Shown one piece after another: positions 47,530 through 59,682 of a stretch of 64,000 nucleotides of DNA (the first letter of the stretch is position 1; every line of letters starts with the position of its first letter). The stretch comes from Guillardia theta CCMP2712 (lineage: Eukaryota > Protista > Cryptophyta). The stretch lies in NCBI RefSeq assembly GCF_000315625.1, contig NW_005434656.1, positions 872,638 through 936,637 on the forward strand, given 5' to 3'. A program made the translations under genes and the position numbers. The notes beneath the pieces were generated by a model that had not been told where the DNA came from, did no database searches, and saw only the letters and a list, made by a program, of their open reading frames with translations.

Positions 47530-48027
47530 GTCGAGGAGGCTCGACCCTGACACTGTCGCACAGGCCAAACGGCGAGAAGAGAAAAGACAGCGAGAACCAA
47601 ACCTAATCCTGCCGACTGCTGTCCCCCAAACTTAACTAATACCTTCACTTAACGGCGCGCAGGACAAGTCCCCCGCGCGGCCATGCCAGCGATGTCGCGG
47701 TGGCCGCTCCGATCGTTTACTCAGTGCCAAAGTTAAGTTAAACGTGACTCTCCCGGCCCGGTCACAGGGGACCGTCCATGTGACCTTCCGGGCTCGGAGG
47801 AAGGCGCATGCCACTGAGATCGGAGATGACAGTCAACGGCAGTGCGGCCCGGAACTCGGAATATCCTCACGGGGCGTCCTCCGCACTCCTTGAGATCGTA
47901 TCTCCTCTTTTCTCCTTCGCGATGTAGTACGGTCCCTCCTGTCCTATCCAAGTTGATCTACGTGGAGCCCTCGCTCCCTTCCTGCCTCTCCTCCCTTTCC
48001 TGGCCGTGTTCGCTTCCTTTCCTCGCC

Positions 48028-48465
48028 ATGTCTGTGGTGCAGACCACCCATCATCTCTCGTCTGTGTCGCTTCCTGTGCAGACAGCAGCTCAAGTCATCG
48101 CCAAGAAGCCCCGAGCCATCCGCAAGAACTGCATCAGAATCGACCCTGCCCGCCTCCAAGCCCTCTTCTGCTACAAGGAAAGCGAGGCCGCCAAGATCCT
48201 CGGCATCTCTCTCACCGCCATGAAGAGCGTCTGCAGACGGGCGGGGATCACCAGGTGGCCGTACTCGAGGACTCGCACGTCGCCGTCGCCGTCGCCGTCA
48301 TCGGCTGGGATGTCGATGGGGTCGGAGGAAGGGTCAAGGCAGAGTCCCAGCAGGAGAGAAGGGGAGGGCTGGGGGTGGGAGGAGGACGAGAGTCCGCTGG
48401 AGGCGGGATGGATCGAGTGGTTCTTGATGCAGGAGGAGGGGCCTATTGAAGTAGGAGTTCCGTAG
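48028..48465 (+). CDS. RWP-RK domain transcription factor, copy C (intronless)
   Basis: Same domain; body nearly identical to copy A, different N-terminus. Confidence 0.9.
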   Translation: MSVVQTTHHLSSVSLPVQTAAQVIAKKPRAIRKNCIRIDPARLQALFCYKESEAAKILGISLTAMKSVCRRAGITRWPYSRTRTSPSPSPSSAGMSMGSEEGSRQSPSRREGEGWGWEEDESPLEAGWIEWFLMQEEGPIEVGVP

Positions 48466-49839
48466 AGAAGGAGGAAATTGCTGAGGCGATGCCGTCTATT
48501 TGTAAGATATAAACTTAGAAATTGTAAGTTATACACACTACGAAAAAGTACAGCCAAGGCTTGCCGATCACTCCATGTCATACCTTTGAAGCGCCCATGT
48601 ATGACGTGAGAAAGAGGTAGTCCTGTAGAGAGTCTCTGCAGACTGCACTCGCCTCGGATGCACAGGGCGGGGGAGCCTGACCGACATGGAGGGTTGAGCT
48701 GTAGAGCATGAAGTACCGAGAAACTTGCAATGCTGAGACTCATGGGAAAGAGTGAAAGCTTCATCTTCATGATCGAACTTAAAAAAATGTTTCCTCGGAA
48801 GGACCATTGCGAACTTTATACATGAATGCTCGTCGGGGAGATCGGGGGGCTAGGTTGCGTCGTTGGCGATCCAGGGAATCTGCTGGGTGATCAGCGAAGA
48901 GTCTCGTTCAGCAGCCGTCTTACTCTCTCGCGAATCACGTCAGGCAGATAGTTGGCGGAGTACTTCAGGGCTAGCAAGCCTCCTGGACATTGGGAGCTCT
49001 CAGTAGACAAGACGTGCTCATGCGCACTGACCAGACAAGAGGATCAACCAGAAGATGAGAGACGGCAGGATCGCGAGAAACCAGTGGACTACAAACAAGA
49101 GTCAGAGATGTTCAACCCCTCTTGGGCCGCCTCACTTATCAGTACTAGGAGGATAAAGATGGTCAGGCAAACGATCTTTGGATGGCTACCCATGCCGGAG
49201 CGAAACGTTTCGAGCAGCTTGTCCTTCAAGCTGCTCTCAGAAAATTGCCCTTCTCTGTAAGAAACCGGATCAGGCCAAGGAGAAGTCAAGATGATGCTTT
49301 TCCTACCTGACGTAATCGCTCTCTTCATCGTCTGCAATCTGATACCCAGACATCGTTTCTTCGGGTCTTGCCAAGTTTGGGCAACCTGATGGCTCTCAAA
49401 GATTGATGCTGCACAACTCGAGTCAGCTGTTCTACAGGGTCCGACTGTTGCGTCCTTGCGAAGGAGCTTGAATGATGACGCGAAGGTGAGGTAGGGAAGA
49501 GGAGGGGAGGAGAGGAGGGAATTGAAGCAGAAAAGGGCGCGACAAGATGGGGAAGAGTGCACTTGATCAGTGACAATAGGAGAAGAGCTCTATGAGAGGC
49601 CAGGGCCAACGCGTGGAAGTGATGGGAAGTGATGGGGCAAGGCGGGCAGGAGTATTCGGAAACCGCAAGTTCAAGTTGCAGAGAGGAAAGGAGAAGTGGC
49701 TGTATCTGGACAAGCGGTAAGATTGAGGGCAAAGGCAAAATGATGAGGGGCTTGGGAGCGCGGGAAGGATGGGGGGGGACGAAAGCGACGGGCGGGCGAA
49801 AAAGGTTTAGGGCAAAGATAGAACAGCGGAGATGGGCTA

Positions 49840-50062
49840 CGTGGGAAGGGAAGGGAAGTGGAGAAGGGAAGATAAGGGAAAGGATGGGATGGGATGGAAT
49901 GGGAAAGGGAGGGGAAGGGAGGGGAGGGGGCTTGGGGGAAGGGACGGGACGGGACGGGACGGGAGGAGATGGGGAAGGGAGGGAGGGGTTGGGACGGGAA
50001 GGGAAGGGAAGGGCAGGGAAGGACAGGGAAGGACAGGGAAGGCAGTTCCTTTTCGGGGAAGG
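49840..50062. repeat. Degenerate GGGA(A/C/T) pentamer low-complexity tract
   Basis: Direct reading; G-quadruplex-prone; just upstream of the TatB-like gene. Confidence 0.85.
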
Positions 50063-50191
50063 GAAGCAAGAAGGACAGTTCAAATTGACAAAGGTATACT
50101 ACTATATAAGAATTTAGTGCCTTGATATTCAGATAAGGTCAAATGTTGAGGGGGGCCGGACAAGGTCGAAGTACGGAGTGCAGGTGCCGCC

Positions 50192-51214
50192 ATGTTTAGT
50201 TGGGGCGAGATCTTTGTGATCTTCGGGGCCTCAGCAATGCTGTAAGTTTGAGCAAGTTGGATGAGATGTGATTGAAGATCAAAGACACAAGTCTTGCTCT
50301 GTTTCATTGCAACAACACATGTCTTAAGATGTTTCTCCTACTCTTTGAGCAAGAGGGTTTGTTGCGTTTTTTGATTGTGATGCCAAACCTTGTTTGTTCC
50401 TTCCACACTTCCTTGCTAACTGCTTCCTAGCTTTGGCAAGAAAGATCTTCCTATCATGTGTCGCAGGCTGGGCAGTCTTGTCGGTAGAGGAGTGGTGTCC
50501 ATGAGACGGGTGATGCATGCTCTGCCGCCTTGCTGAGCTGAGGATTGTTGCGATGCAGATAAAGGATGAATACACCAAGAAAGGACCTCTGTCAGAGTTC
50601 AGCGAGCTACATCATGAGATGAGAACCACTTTGTTTGAAATCAACTCGGTCCATTCAGAAATAAGGTCGAACGTTCAGATCATCCCTCCAATGTATGGCT
50701 CAATGCCATTTTCTCCGGCAAAGCAGCAAAACACGGGCAACACGGTTGCTGCGTATCAAAGTTTGTACAATCAAGAGCCATGTCGTTGAATCTGATGCAA
50801 GTTTTGCTTATCAGGCATACAAAATGCGTATCGGCCTCCGTATGCTCCTCCAGCACAATCAAACGCCACAGCAGAGAAAACAAGCATTCCTCAAACTCCC
50901 CCCGCCAACGCCCCTCATGTACCAACTCATGTCAACCAGACGACGAGCGAGGCAGCTCCCGCTGAAACCTCAGGAGATTCTGTGAGCTCGTCGCAGATCC
51001 TGTGAGTGGGAGGGAGGCTGCTTGCTGCCGCTGACGCCTTATGAGGTTTGGAGCCCCTTCCTCGCACGAGGCAGCCTCGTTTGAGTCCGTGACCAACAAG
51101 ATGCCGGGAGGAGCCGACCACATCCTTGAGATGATCAGGAGAACAGAGCAACTGAGATACGCCGAGTACATTCAAAGCATGTCCAAGCCTTCCAAGCCGC
51201 CCTCTCCCCAATAG
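50192..51214 (+). CDS. tatB: TatB-like twin-arginine translocase subunit (plant mitochondrial mtTatB type), 5 exons
   Basis: GCCGCCATG start; exons 50192-50241, 50431-50509, 50559-~50760, then two more: MFSWGEIFVIFGASAMLFGKKDLPIMCRRLGSLVGRGVVSMRRIKDEY...SELHHEMRTTLFEINSVHSEIR...PGGADHILEMIRRTE; TATA-like TATATAAG at 50103. Confidence 0.8.
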
Positions 51215-51306
51215 ATTCTTCTTCCTCCCTATTTGTTTATTATCTTCTCCTCTTTATCAAACCTTGCCAAGTCTCTTGTGCCATCTCTGACTTCTTGTTT
51301 GCTCCT

Positions 51307-51459
51307 CACCTGTCACTCGAGTCAGTCACGACGCCAAACTTACTCGTCTCCTGCCTCCATGATCCCTCCATGGCGACATGTCTTGTCAATGGGGCGCGCT
51401 TGGCGTAGGAAATGCTCACTTCAGTGCCGAGCTGATTAGGGTAAAACAGCAATGAGAGA

Positions 51460-51500
<41 letters not shown>

Positions 51501-53946
51501 GAGGTATCCTGAGGATCTGAGGGACGAGAGGAAGGAGATACCAATCGATGATCAAGGGGAAGAGAGGAGCGAGGTTTCAAATGAGATGGAGAGGATTTAG
51601 AAACATGGTATGTGATAAGGAGAAAGAAGAAAGGAGGAGTGAGAAATCAGTCGGTAGGTTACCCGTGATTTGAGGAGCTTCAATTCTTCGAAGAGGAGGA
51701 CGTTGGACGCTTACAGTGGCTGTCAGTCTCTTCGTCATTGCTGCCCCTCCCCCTCACTGTGACATTCTTCAAGCGCTTCTGTGCTGGCGTCAAGAGCAGC
51801 TTTGAGCATGTAGCGGTCATCGGAGTAGTGGCCCTGCGGCTTCACGGAGAGACGCTGGTGGAACAGTCAGCATGTCGGGAGCATCGAAATAGGCGTAAAC
51901 AGCTTCTCTGCTCTTCTTCTCTGTTTCCAGCTCAAAAATCTTCTTCTCCAAGAACTTGACCTTGGAGGAGGCGTTCGAGTGTTCTTGTAGCACTGACTCG
52001 CTTCTCTGTCAGGTCAAAGTCACTCAGGTCAATTCTTTCTCTTCGTTGACCTTGTTCTCCTTTATCGTGTCGTGGGCCAGCTTGTCGATCTCAGAACAGG
52101 CAAGACTGATCTCTGACTTGCATTTCTTCACTTCTTTGAACCATCGATGATATTCGGCTTTCAGGTAATTATGCTCTATCCGCTCTATCCCACGCAGTCG
52201 AATGATCTCTTCCAGCTCCTCCTTCACCCTCCTGCCCTCAAACGCCTCACGCTCCATGCCTTGCAGGTCGAAGCGAAGCTGCGAGACGAGCTGCTGCTTG
52301 TCCTTGTCATGTTGGTCAAGAGACTCCCTCAACTCCTTCTCGTGCGTCTCTTTCATCCTCACCATCTCTGCTCGCAGCTCTGCTTGCATCTGCGCTGACT
52401 CGTTTGCCATCGCCTTGAGATTTATCCGCGCCTCCTGAAGCTCCTTCGTCAACTCCCTGTGCTCTGACTGCAGCCATTCAGCTCGCGTGCGCCATCGACT
52501 TGCTTCGGCGTTCCTCTCTTCCGTTTCTTTCCTGATCTCCTCTGCATCCTTCCGCATGTGCTTGGCAGTTTCAATCAAGACCGTCAAATTCCGTTTCATA
52601 TCATCAAATAACACCTCCTGTAGCCTTGACGCCTCCTCCTCCTTTTCTTTCATTGCTTCCTGTAGCCTTGACGCCTCCTCCTCCTTTTCTTTCATTGCTT
52701 CCTGTAGCCTTGACGCCTCCTCCTCCTTGTCTTTCATTGCTTCCTGTAGCCTTGACGCCTCCTCCTCCCTGTCTTGGATCGATGCTTCAGCATTTTTGAG
52801 CTGCTCCAACGTGTCTTTGAATTGTTGTGACATACTTTTCAGTTCTTCTTCTCGTCTTTCCAGTTCTTCTTCACGTTTTCTCCGCAGCCGTGTGCCTTCG
52901 ATGGCATTTTGTTGCAGTTGACGAACCTCAACATTCAGAAGCTCTATGGTCCGATCTGTTTTCGACAAGACTTCTTCCACCTTGGAGATCTGCTCTTCGA
53001 TTTGCTGAAACTCATCTAGAACTAAGAAACACTCGCACTCACTGGCATCGTCATTCGTTTACAAGCAACTACCTTGCTCCTGCATGTCATGGATAAAGCT
53101 ATCTTGCATCTCACTTTTCTGTTGCAATCTGCGGGCAAGTCAGGAGGCAGGCTGTTCGTTGTTGTCTTACCCATCAGACAACTGGTCTACTAGAGCTTGC
53201 AGCTGAATTATCTCACTCTTAAGACTCTGATTGTCTGCCGTACAGAGCTCTAGCTCTTGTTGTGTCGTCTCTTTCAGCCTTACCATCTCCTTGGTCAACT
53301 TTGCGTTGGTAGACATGGCTTCTTGATAGTTGTCTTCTGCTCTCTTCAGAGACTCTTGCAACTTGTCAGTGGCTTCTCGGAAGCTGATCTCCAGGTCGAC
53401 GATGTGCGACCTGTCAGCAAGTGTGAAAGGAATGAGAACAAGCTGACGTTACCTCAGACGATTCTCCGTGTCTTCTCGCACATCATCGATCCTTGCGAGT
53501 TGTTTCTCAACGACGGATATCAACCGGATGTTCTCGTTCAAGTCAGGAGCTTTCCTCTCGGCATTCGCTTTCAACTCAGCCATGGCAAGGAAGAGATCCT
53601 TCAGTTCGATCACTTGCTCCATGCACGCGCGGACGAGCGTCACTTTCTCGACATGATCTGCGCGTCGAAGTTTGACGTCAACGAGAGTTCCGATCTCGTC
53701 GCTTCCTCGCAGCTGCTTCAGCACCACCTCCTTCTTCACTCCCGCCCCGTCGATCTCGACGATCTCGTCGTCTCGCTCCACTCGCTTTCCCTTCCTCGGG
53801 CGATACGCGGGGCTGGCAGGAACGACCATGGAGACGCGGGTGCCCTCGAGGATGATGCCGAGGGTCGTCTTGGCGCCTCGCTCGCTCCCAGCATGCTGCG
53901 GCTTCGCGTGCTTCTCCCGCAGCGCCCGGATGACCTCCTCTGCCAT
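51307..53946 (-). CDS. PDZ-domain + long coiled-coil protein, multi-exon
   Basis: TLGIILEGTRVSMVVPASPA...DDEIVEIDG...LRGSDEIGTLVDVKLRR (PDZ) followed by E/K/Q-rich heptads; 3' end approximate. Confidence 0.75.
52617..52768 (-). repeat. Coding 42-bp tandem repeat x3.6 (EEEASRLQEAMKEK)
   Basis: Units start at 52617, 52659, 52701, 52743. Confidence 0.95.
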
Positions 53947-54014
53947 CCCTCAGGAGTCGGGCAACCGCGGGGATACTACTGGGAGCTAATTAGAGGGAGC
54001 GGTAGGAACAGGGG

Positions 54015-55803
54015 ATGAAGGAAGGTGGGGAGGGGGGAGAGGAGGGCGAGGGGGAGGGCAAGGACCAGGAGGGCAAGGAGAGCGTTGAAGAGTTGATGAG
54101 GCGACTGCGAACGAGCCAGTCATGGCAGGAGAAAAGAGATGCCATCTACCTGCTGCGTGAACGCTCCCGGAAACGCGAAGAGAAGGTCGGAGAGACCCGT
54201 TGAGGCGGCATGGTCCTCAAGGATATGGCAGGTGATGGCTCTGCTGGAAGACATAGCGGACAAGGAAGAGAACGAGAACCTGAGGTCACTAGCAGAAGCA
54301 TCGCTCATCAGCATCGGGTTGAAGGTGACCTCCCTGCCTCTACCTCCTCTTCTCATCCTCCTCCTGCAGGTGGTCGAGACGCAACTCAAACGACTCGATC
54401 ATCCCTCTTGGCGCACCAGATTGGATGCGATCCGAACTTTACAGCATGCGGCAGAACCAGACGATGCGGAGGTGGAGGAGGGAGGAAGGGAGGGGGAGGT
54501 GCTGAGGTAGAGCAGGTGCTGCTGGCGCTAGGGAGCAAGCTCTACGACGAGTCTGTGCAAGTTCGACTGGTGGTCATTCAGGTCGCTCGTCGATCCCCCT
54601 CTGCTGCTCATCGGCTCTCAGGCTCTGCTCAGCATGGCCAAGTCAAGGAAAGACGCACAGGCGTCGCTTCCTCCGCAACTGGTGGAGGAGGAGGAGTGAG
54701 AGAGGAGGCAGTGACGGTGATCAGATGGAGATCTTCTTGCACAAGCTTGATGACTCCGATGCAAAGTTGAGGTGAAGACGAAGAGGGCGGGGGAGATGTG
54801 ATGCGTTCTAGGAACCAAATGGTACAAGCTGTCATCGAGTACTCGAACCCAACAGACCACGAGCTTGTCCGATACGTCGCGCAGAGGTTGACCTGCTTTG
54901 TGTGACTCGAGGATGATTTTGATGCTTATTTCACAAGAATGACAAGTGATCAAGTGATAGTTCGACGAGCAGCAGCAGAGATCATGACGAGCCTGATCAT
55001 CAAATTCGACAAGGTAACTGAGATGTGTTCTCCACTCTTCTTCTTCTTCTTCCTCTTCAATTTCTTCTCACTCTCGTTGGAAATCAGTTGTATGAATCAG
55101 CGGATAGACTCAATGAGGTGAGACTGTTTGAATTAAAAGCCTTGAGACGTCACCTGGGATGCAGAACAGTCCATTGTCCCATCTGAAACGGCTGCTGACC
55201 TACGACAATCAAGTATGCCGAAGACCAAGATGTCGCTTTCATTCTCACTACGTGTGCAGGACATTCAGCGAACAGCTCTGACCGTCATGGAGCAGATCTC
55301 CTCCAGGCAGTGAGAGGCGTGGCATCACTGCCAGCTCACAGTGTTGCCTCTCAGGAGTTTCGTCATGTACACAGAAAACGTTGAGACCTCTGCAGAGGAC
55401 GGTGAGTCAGGTGACGGGGAGGTTGACGCGGTGACGGATTCTTCAAGTCAAGTCGACTCTCGAGGATCAGGTTGACGCTGCAGATCAAGTGCGTCAGCAT
55501 GAGCTCGTGGTAGAGTTTCAACGCTGGCAGTTGACACGTGAATTGAATGCTGTTGGGCAGCTTCCGATGCGATACTGGGAGGAAGATCACCAGCCAACAT
55601 GAGGGGTGGAGGTGTGAATGTTGTAAGGGATCGGACAGACTTTGAGGAGCTGATCCAATCGTGTACAGGCTCGAAACCTTGAAACGCTGACTGTAGAAAT
55701 CGTGAACGGGGTTGATCGCCACTTCACATCTTGACAGGGTTCAAAGAATATTTCACTAATATACACAAGAACGTTCGAAACAATAATGGCTCCGGCCATA
55801 AGC
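54015..55803 (+). CDS. HEAT/ARM-repeat protein, multi-exon
   Basis: SWQEKRDAI, LDHPSWRTRLDAIRTL, LYDESVQVRLVVI, VRRAAAEIM; 3' end approximate. Confidence 0.65.
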
Positions 55804-55824
55804 GAGCACCAACTGATGTTTGAA

Positions 55825-57463
55825 TCACCAGGGTAGCACAACACCTCGCCGTTGGTAGAAGAAGATGTAAGGCTCGGAAGGATCCTATCATTCGGTTAAA
55901 AAAACTTTTTTTGCAAGAATGCATTCATGTACCATTTGTTCCATCAGTGTCTTAGAAACTCTTGAGTCATTGAAATCGTACCAGCAGTTGTTTTCGCTGA
56001 GATTATGGATCACCATACAACCTCAAATATGGAGATGTGAAGTGGGAATGAAAGGTAGAGGGAAGGGGAAAAACTACAGGCTGAGGCAAAGGATTCAAGC
56101 GTCCGCGAGTGAGGTTGGGACAGAGGAATGCAAGACAAAGCAAGTCAAAGCAAGGCTTTCACCTGTTGAGACAAAGGGCATGGTAGTGCCCCCCCGCCAT
56201 CCCTCCCACATGGAGCGCAACAGATTTCAGGTCGTAGATAGGAGGGTATTCCCGCTCGCCTGATCCTGTCTCCACTGCGAAAGGAGACAAGTCGAGCCCT
56301 GCCTTCGGGAACTCAAGCGATGTGACGAGTTTCTCTCGGGAGACTTCCGTGTAAGAGAAGCGCTTGATGTGCAAGACGAGGATAGGAGGGAGGGAGACGA
56401 ACTTAAGTTGCTTGGTGGCACAGCTTCTGCTGTTGCAGTTAGGGCAGCTGTACATGTTTTCTCCTGCGACAACAAAACGTAGGGATCAGGCGATAGAAGA
56501 GACAGTCAGCGCATGGCGATCGATAGAACTACTCTGACCTTCAAGCACTTCTTTCTCGGTGAACAAGTTGAAACAGTCTGTAAGGTGACAGCGGGGTCGA
56601 TGCGCCTGCTCCTGCCCCTCCTTGAACTGACTGGGGGAGGGGATGGGGAGCGATATGTCCAGAAAGGGATCGTAGCAACGGGACTGATGACTGCATGTCC
56701 TGCACTCGATCTGGCTGACTAGCTGCCCCCCAAACGCTGCCGTCACGCAGCTCAGGTTGTCAAGGCAATACATCTCCATGGCCGGCATGGACTCATTGTA
56801 CTTGGAGGCGACTTGGTCATGAGCCATCCTGACCTCCATGAACTGCCGCATCTCATCGTTGTCGCTTGTCTTGAGATCCTCGTGGAGCCCGTCGAGGAGG
56901 AAGCGAAGAAATTCCTGACTGTCATGTTGCCTGCACCCTGTGAACTGAGGGGCGAACTTGCTAACCCGGTCCTTCAAGATCGCTGCTGAGACCGAGGAGT
57001 ATGGTTCGCCCTGCCAGATCTTGTGCAGCAGCTCTCCGAACGAGAGAGCGAGCGTCCCTCGCATGCTGCTCCCCGTGTCGAGCCGAAAGATGTGATGGTT
57101 GCTGAGGAAGAAGTCCCGGAAGGGCGGGACAGCAGCGAGACACTGTATGCATGCATTCAGGAAGCAGGTGTTGCCCAGATTTTGCAGCCCGACCAATCCT
57201 CTTCCTCCCTCCCCGCCTTGCCTCACGGGCACAGCGAACCGTCTCTCTGCTACGGCCGCCTGTGGCAGCATACCCTGTGCTACATCCCCTCGTGTGCGGA
57301 TGAGGAGGCCGTCCCTGTGGAGCTCTTCACGGATGGTCTTGAGGGAGGCCAAGGGATGCATTCGAGCATGCCGCCCTCCACCTGCCCCCCCCTTCTCCTC
57401 TCCTCGGCTCTTCACCTCCATCGTCGCTGACTTGGGGCGCGCTCCCCGCTCGGCCATGGTCAT
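55825..57463 (-). CDS. Ubiquitin-specific protease (peptidase C19, USP2/8/21-like)
   Basis: Cys box GLQNLGNTCFLNACIQCL, QHDSQEFLRFLLDGLHEDL, LPPILVLHIKRF, His box HVGGMAGGHY, WYDFNDS, PYIFFYQR. Confidence 0.95.
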
Positions 57464-58173
57464 GCAACTGATTCAACCGGCTCTGACTACTTCAGCCTCC
57501 GACTTGATTCGATTCGAATCGGTTCAATTGGCCAGGTCGCCCGGGTCGGGCCCGGCGCCGGCCGGGCCTTTACTACACTGTATTCTTTTCAGTGAGCCCA
57601 GTGACCTGGGTCTGATCAGGTCAACCACCCCCTACCCCCCTGTTCCCCCAAGCTCGACAGGACCTGCCGGGGGCAACACGGGTGGGTGAGGCATCATCCG
57701 ACAGCCGCCATGGACCGGAGATTGAATTCTTCGGCATGGCATAGGTAGGGTAGTCGATGCAGGGGTGATCGTGGGGGGGCGCGTACCAGGGGCAAAGGAC
57801 TCCTGACTTCTGGTATTGGTAGCAATCGAGAAAGACTGACAGTAGAGAGGGGGGGGGCTGATAGGCGCCGCGCGCCATGCCGTGATTGATCGGACCTGTT
57901 CTCATATAGGGGTAGGGGGTGGAGGTGTGGGGGGGTGGGGTGGAGGCGGGAGTTGTAGCACCAGGATTTGACCCACCTGTTGTCTATGTACACCGGTGCA
58001 AATGATATCAACTTCGATGAAAATTGGGGGTAGGGGTATCCACCCTACCATGGACGGGCAACCTTGCTGCCCTTCAAGCATCCTCTTAGCTTTAGAGGAC
58101 CCGTCCTTTCTAGATCCTTTGGTATCCACCGGTCTAGCCTGACGCTATTGAGCAGAGGACCCCCGCCCCGGCA

Positions 58174-59682
58174 ATGGCGGCGGGGCGGCTGCGGGAGCTC
58201 CTGATAGCGCTTCCTGAGGAGAAGCAGCGGGAGGAAGCTCTTACTCTGCTGGATGAGATCCTTTGCAGTCAACAGCAACCCCTTCCTCAGCCGCTCCATG
58301 GCGCTCAGCCGACGCCTCCTCACTTTCCATGGCAGGGTGCCTCCCCTCAGTGGGGCATGCACGGGAGTAGGATGGAACGAGGCGACGAGCTCTCAACGCT
58401 GGGCCCAATGCTTCCTCCCAATGCTGCTGTTTCACAGATGTCTCCCTCCTGGGCATCGCTGGATTGGAGTACGAGAGGGAACGGGCGCAATGGAAACTGG
58501 TCGGCCACACCCCCAATAGAGCAAACATCGCTTGCACCAATAGCTGGAGCAGGCAACACTTGGTCGGGTCTTGTGAACGATTTGGAGCTTGAGGATCATG
58601 TTGAAGCTCCTCTCTCGGAGTCCAGGATCCTGTCTTTCGTTCTGCCCACGTGCTCACCGGAGGACAACCAAAGGGATGTAAATACCAGTGTCGCTGAACA
58701 GATTCTTTCTCCTTTGATACAGGGTGCTTCTTCAGGCCTTACGGTGCCAGGGATTGTTGGGTCGATGCCCTCGGCTCCCTTGAGAAACGACTTCCCAAAC
58801 CATCGGATGGACAAGGTGCTGGGAGGGTTGGAGGCAAAAGGTCTTCAGTCAAGTCCAAAGATTGTTTCGTCCGCAGCTCCGATCAACTCAGAGACAAGGG
58901 GTTCGTCATGGACAGACTCATTCTCGGACTCACTAAATTTGGGGGAGAACAATCCAGAACTGCAGCAATCTTTGTCTTCAGGTTCTAACAACAAAGTCAC
59001 CGGGGGGAAGCCACCTATTGTGGCAACAAGCAATGGAGTGCAACAAAGCACTTCAGAATCGCAGCAAGAGGCTTCGATCGGACCCTCTGCTGTCTCGGGG
59101 AACAAGTCGGAGCAGTCATTAAAGAAACAAGGCGAAACTGCCAAACGCTCTGAAACCAGGGGCTGGGAAACTCAGTCGAAAGCTTTGGTGCGTGATCGGT
59201 ACCGCACGTGAGAGTTTGACTTTTTGACAGGCTGCTTCACGTTCATCCGGGGTGGATGGCAAATATCCTGCAACAGTCAAACTCAGAGGGCTTCCTTTTG
59301 GGGCAACATCGCTTGATGTGATGCCTGGAATACTTCATCGCTTCAATGACTCTTCCCCAGGTCATGGGGTTCTTAAAGGGGTACAATGCAGTCGAGTCTT
59401 CCATACGATTTGGCAACAATCAGGTATGGGGTTTGACTCGGGTGACCGCGTTCGAGTGAACGTGACACAGGATGGGCGCCCATCTGGGGAAGCTTGGGTT
59501 TCTTTCAATCGATTGGAGGAGGCGAAGAGAGTGGTTGCTCAGTCACGCCTATGTCTGTGTTGTTTTGACTCGTTTTGGTGCACCAGGTGCGCGAGAAAGA
59601 TAGACATCACCTGGGCAATCGATATGTTGAGCTTTTCTTGCTTAACGAGGGGGGGGGGGTGACCACGCGGACTCATCGGTGA
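58174..59682 (+). CDS. Protein with disordered N-terminus and C-terminal hnRNP H/F-type quasi-RRM
   Basis: VKLRGLPFGATSLD, DGRPSGEAWVSF, RHHLGNRYVELF across short introns. Confidence 0.85.

Noticed and set aside
49325-50125. Pro-rich and Gly-rich ORFs on both strands
   Set aside because: Arise from the GGGAA-type low-complexity tract.
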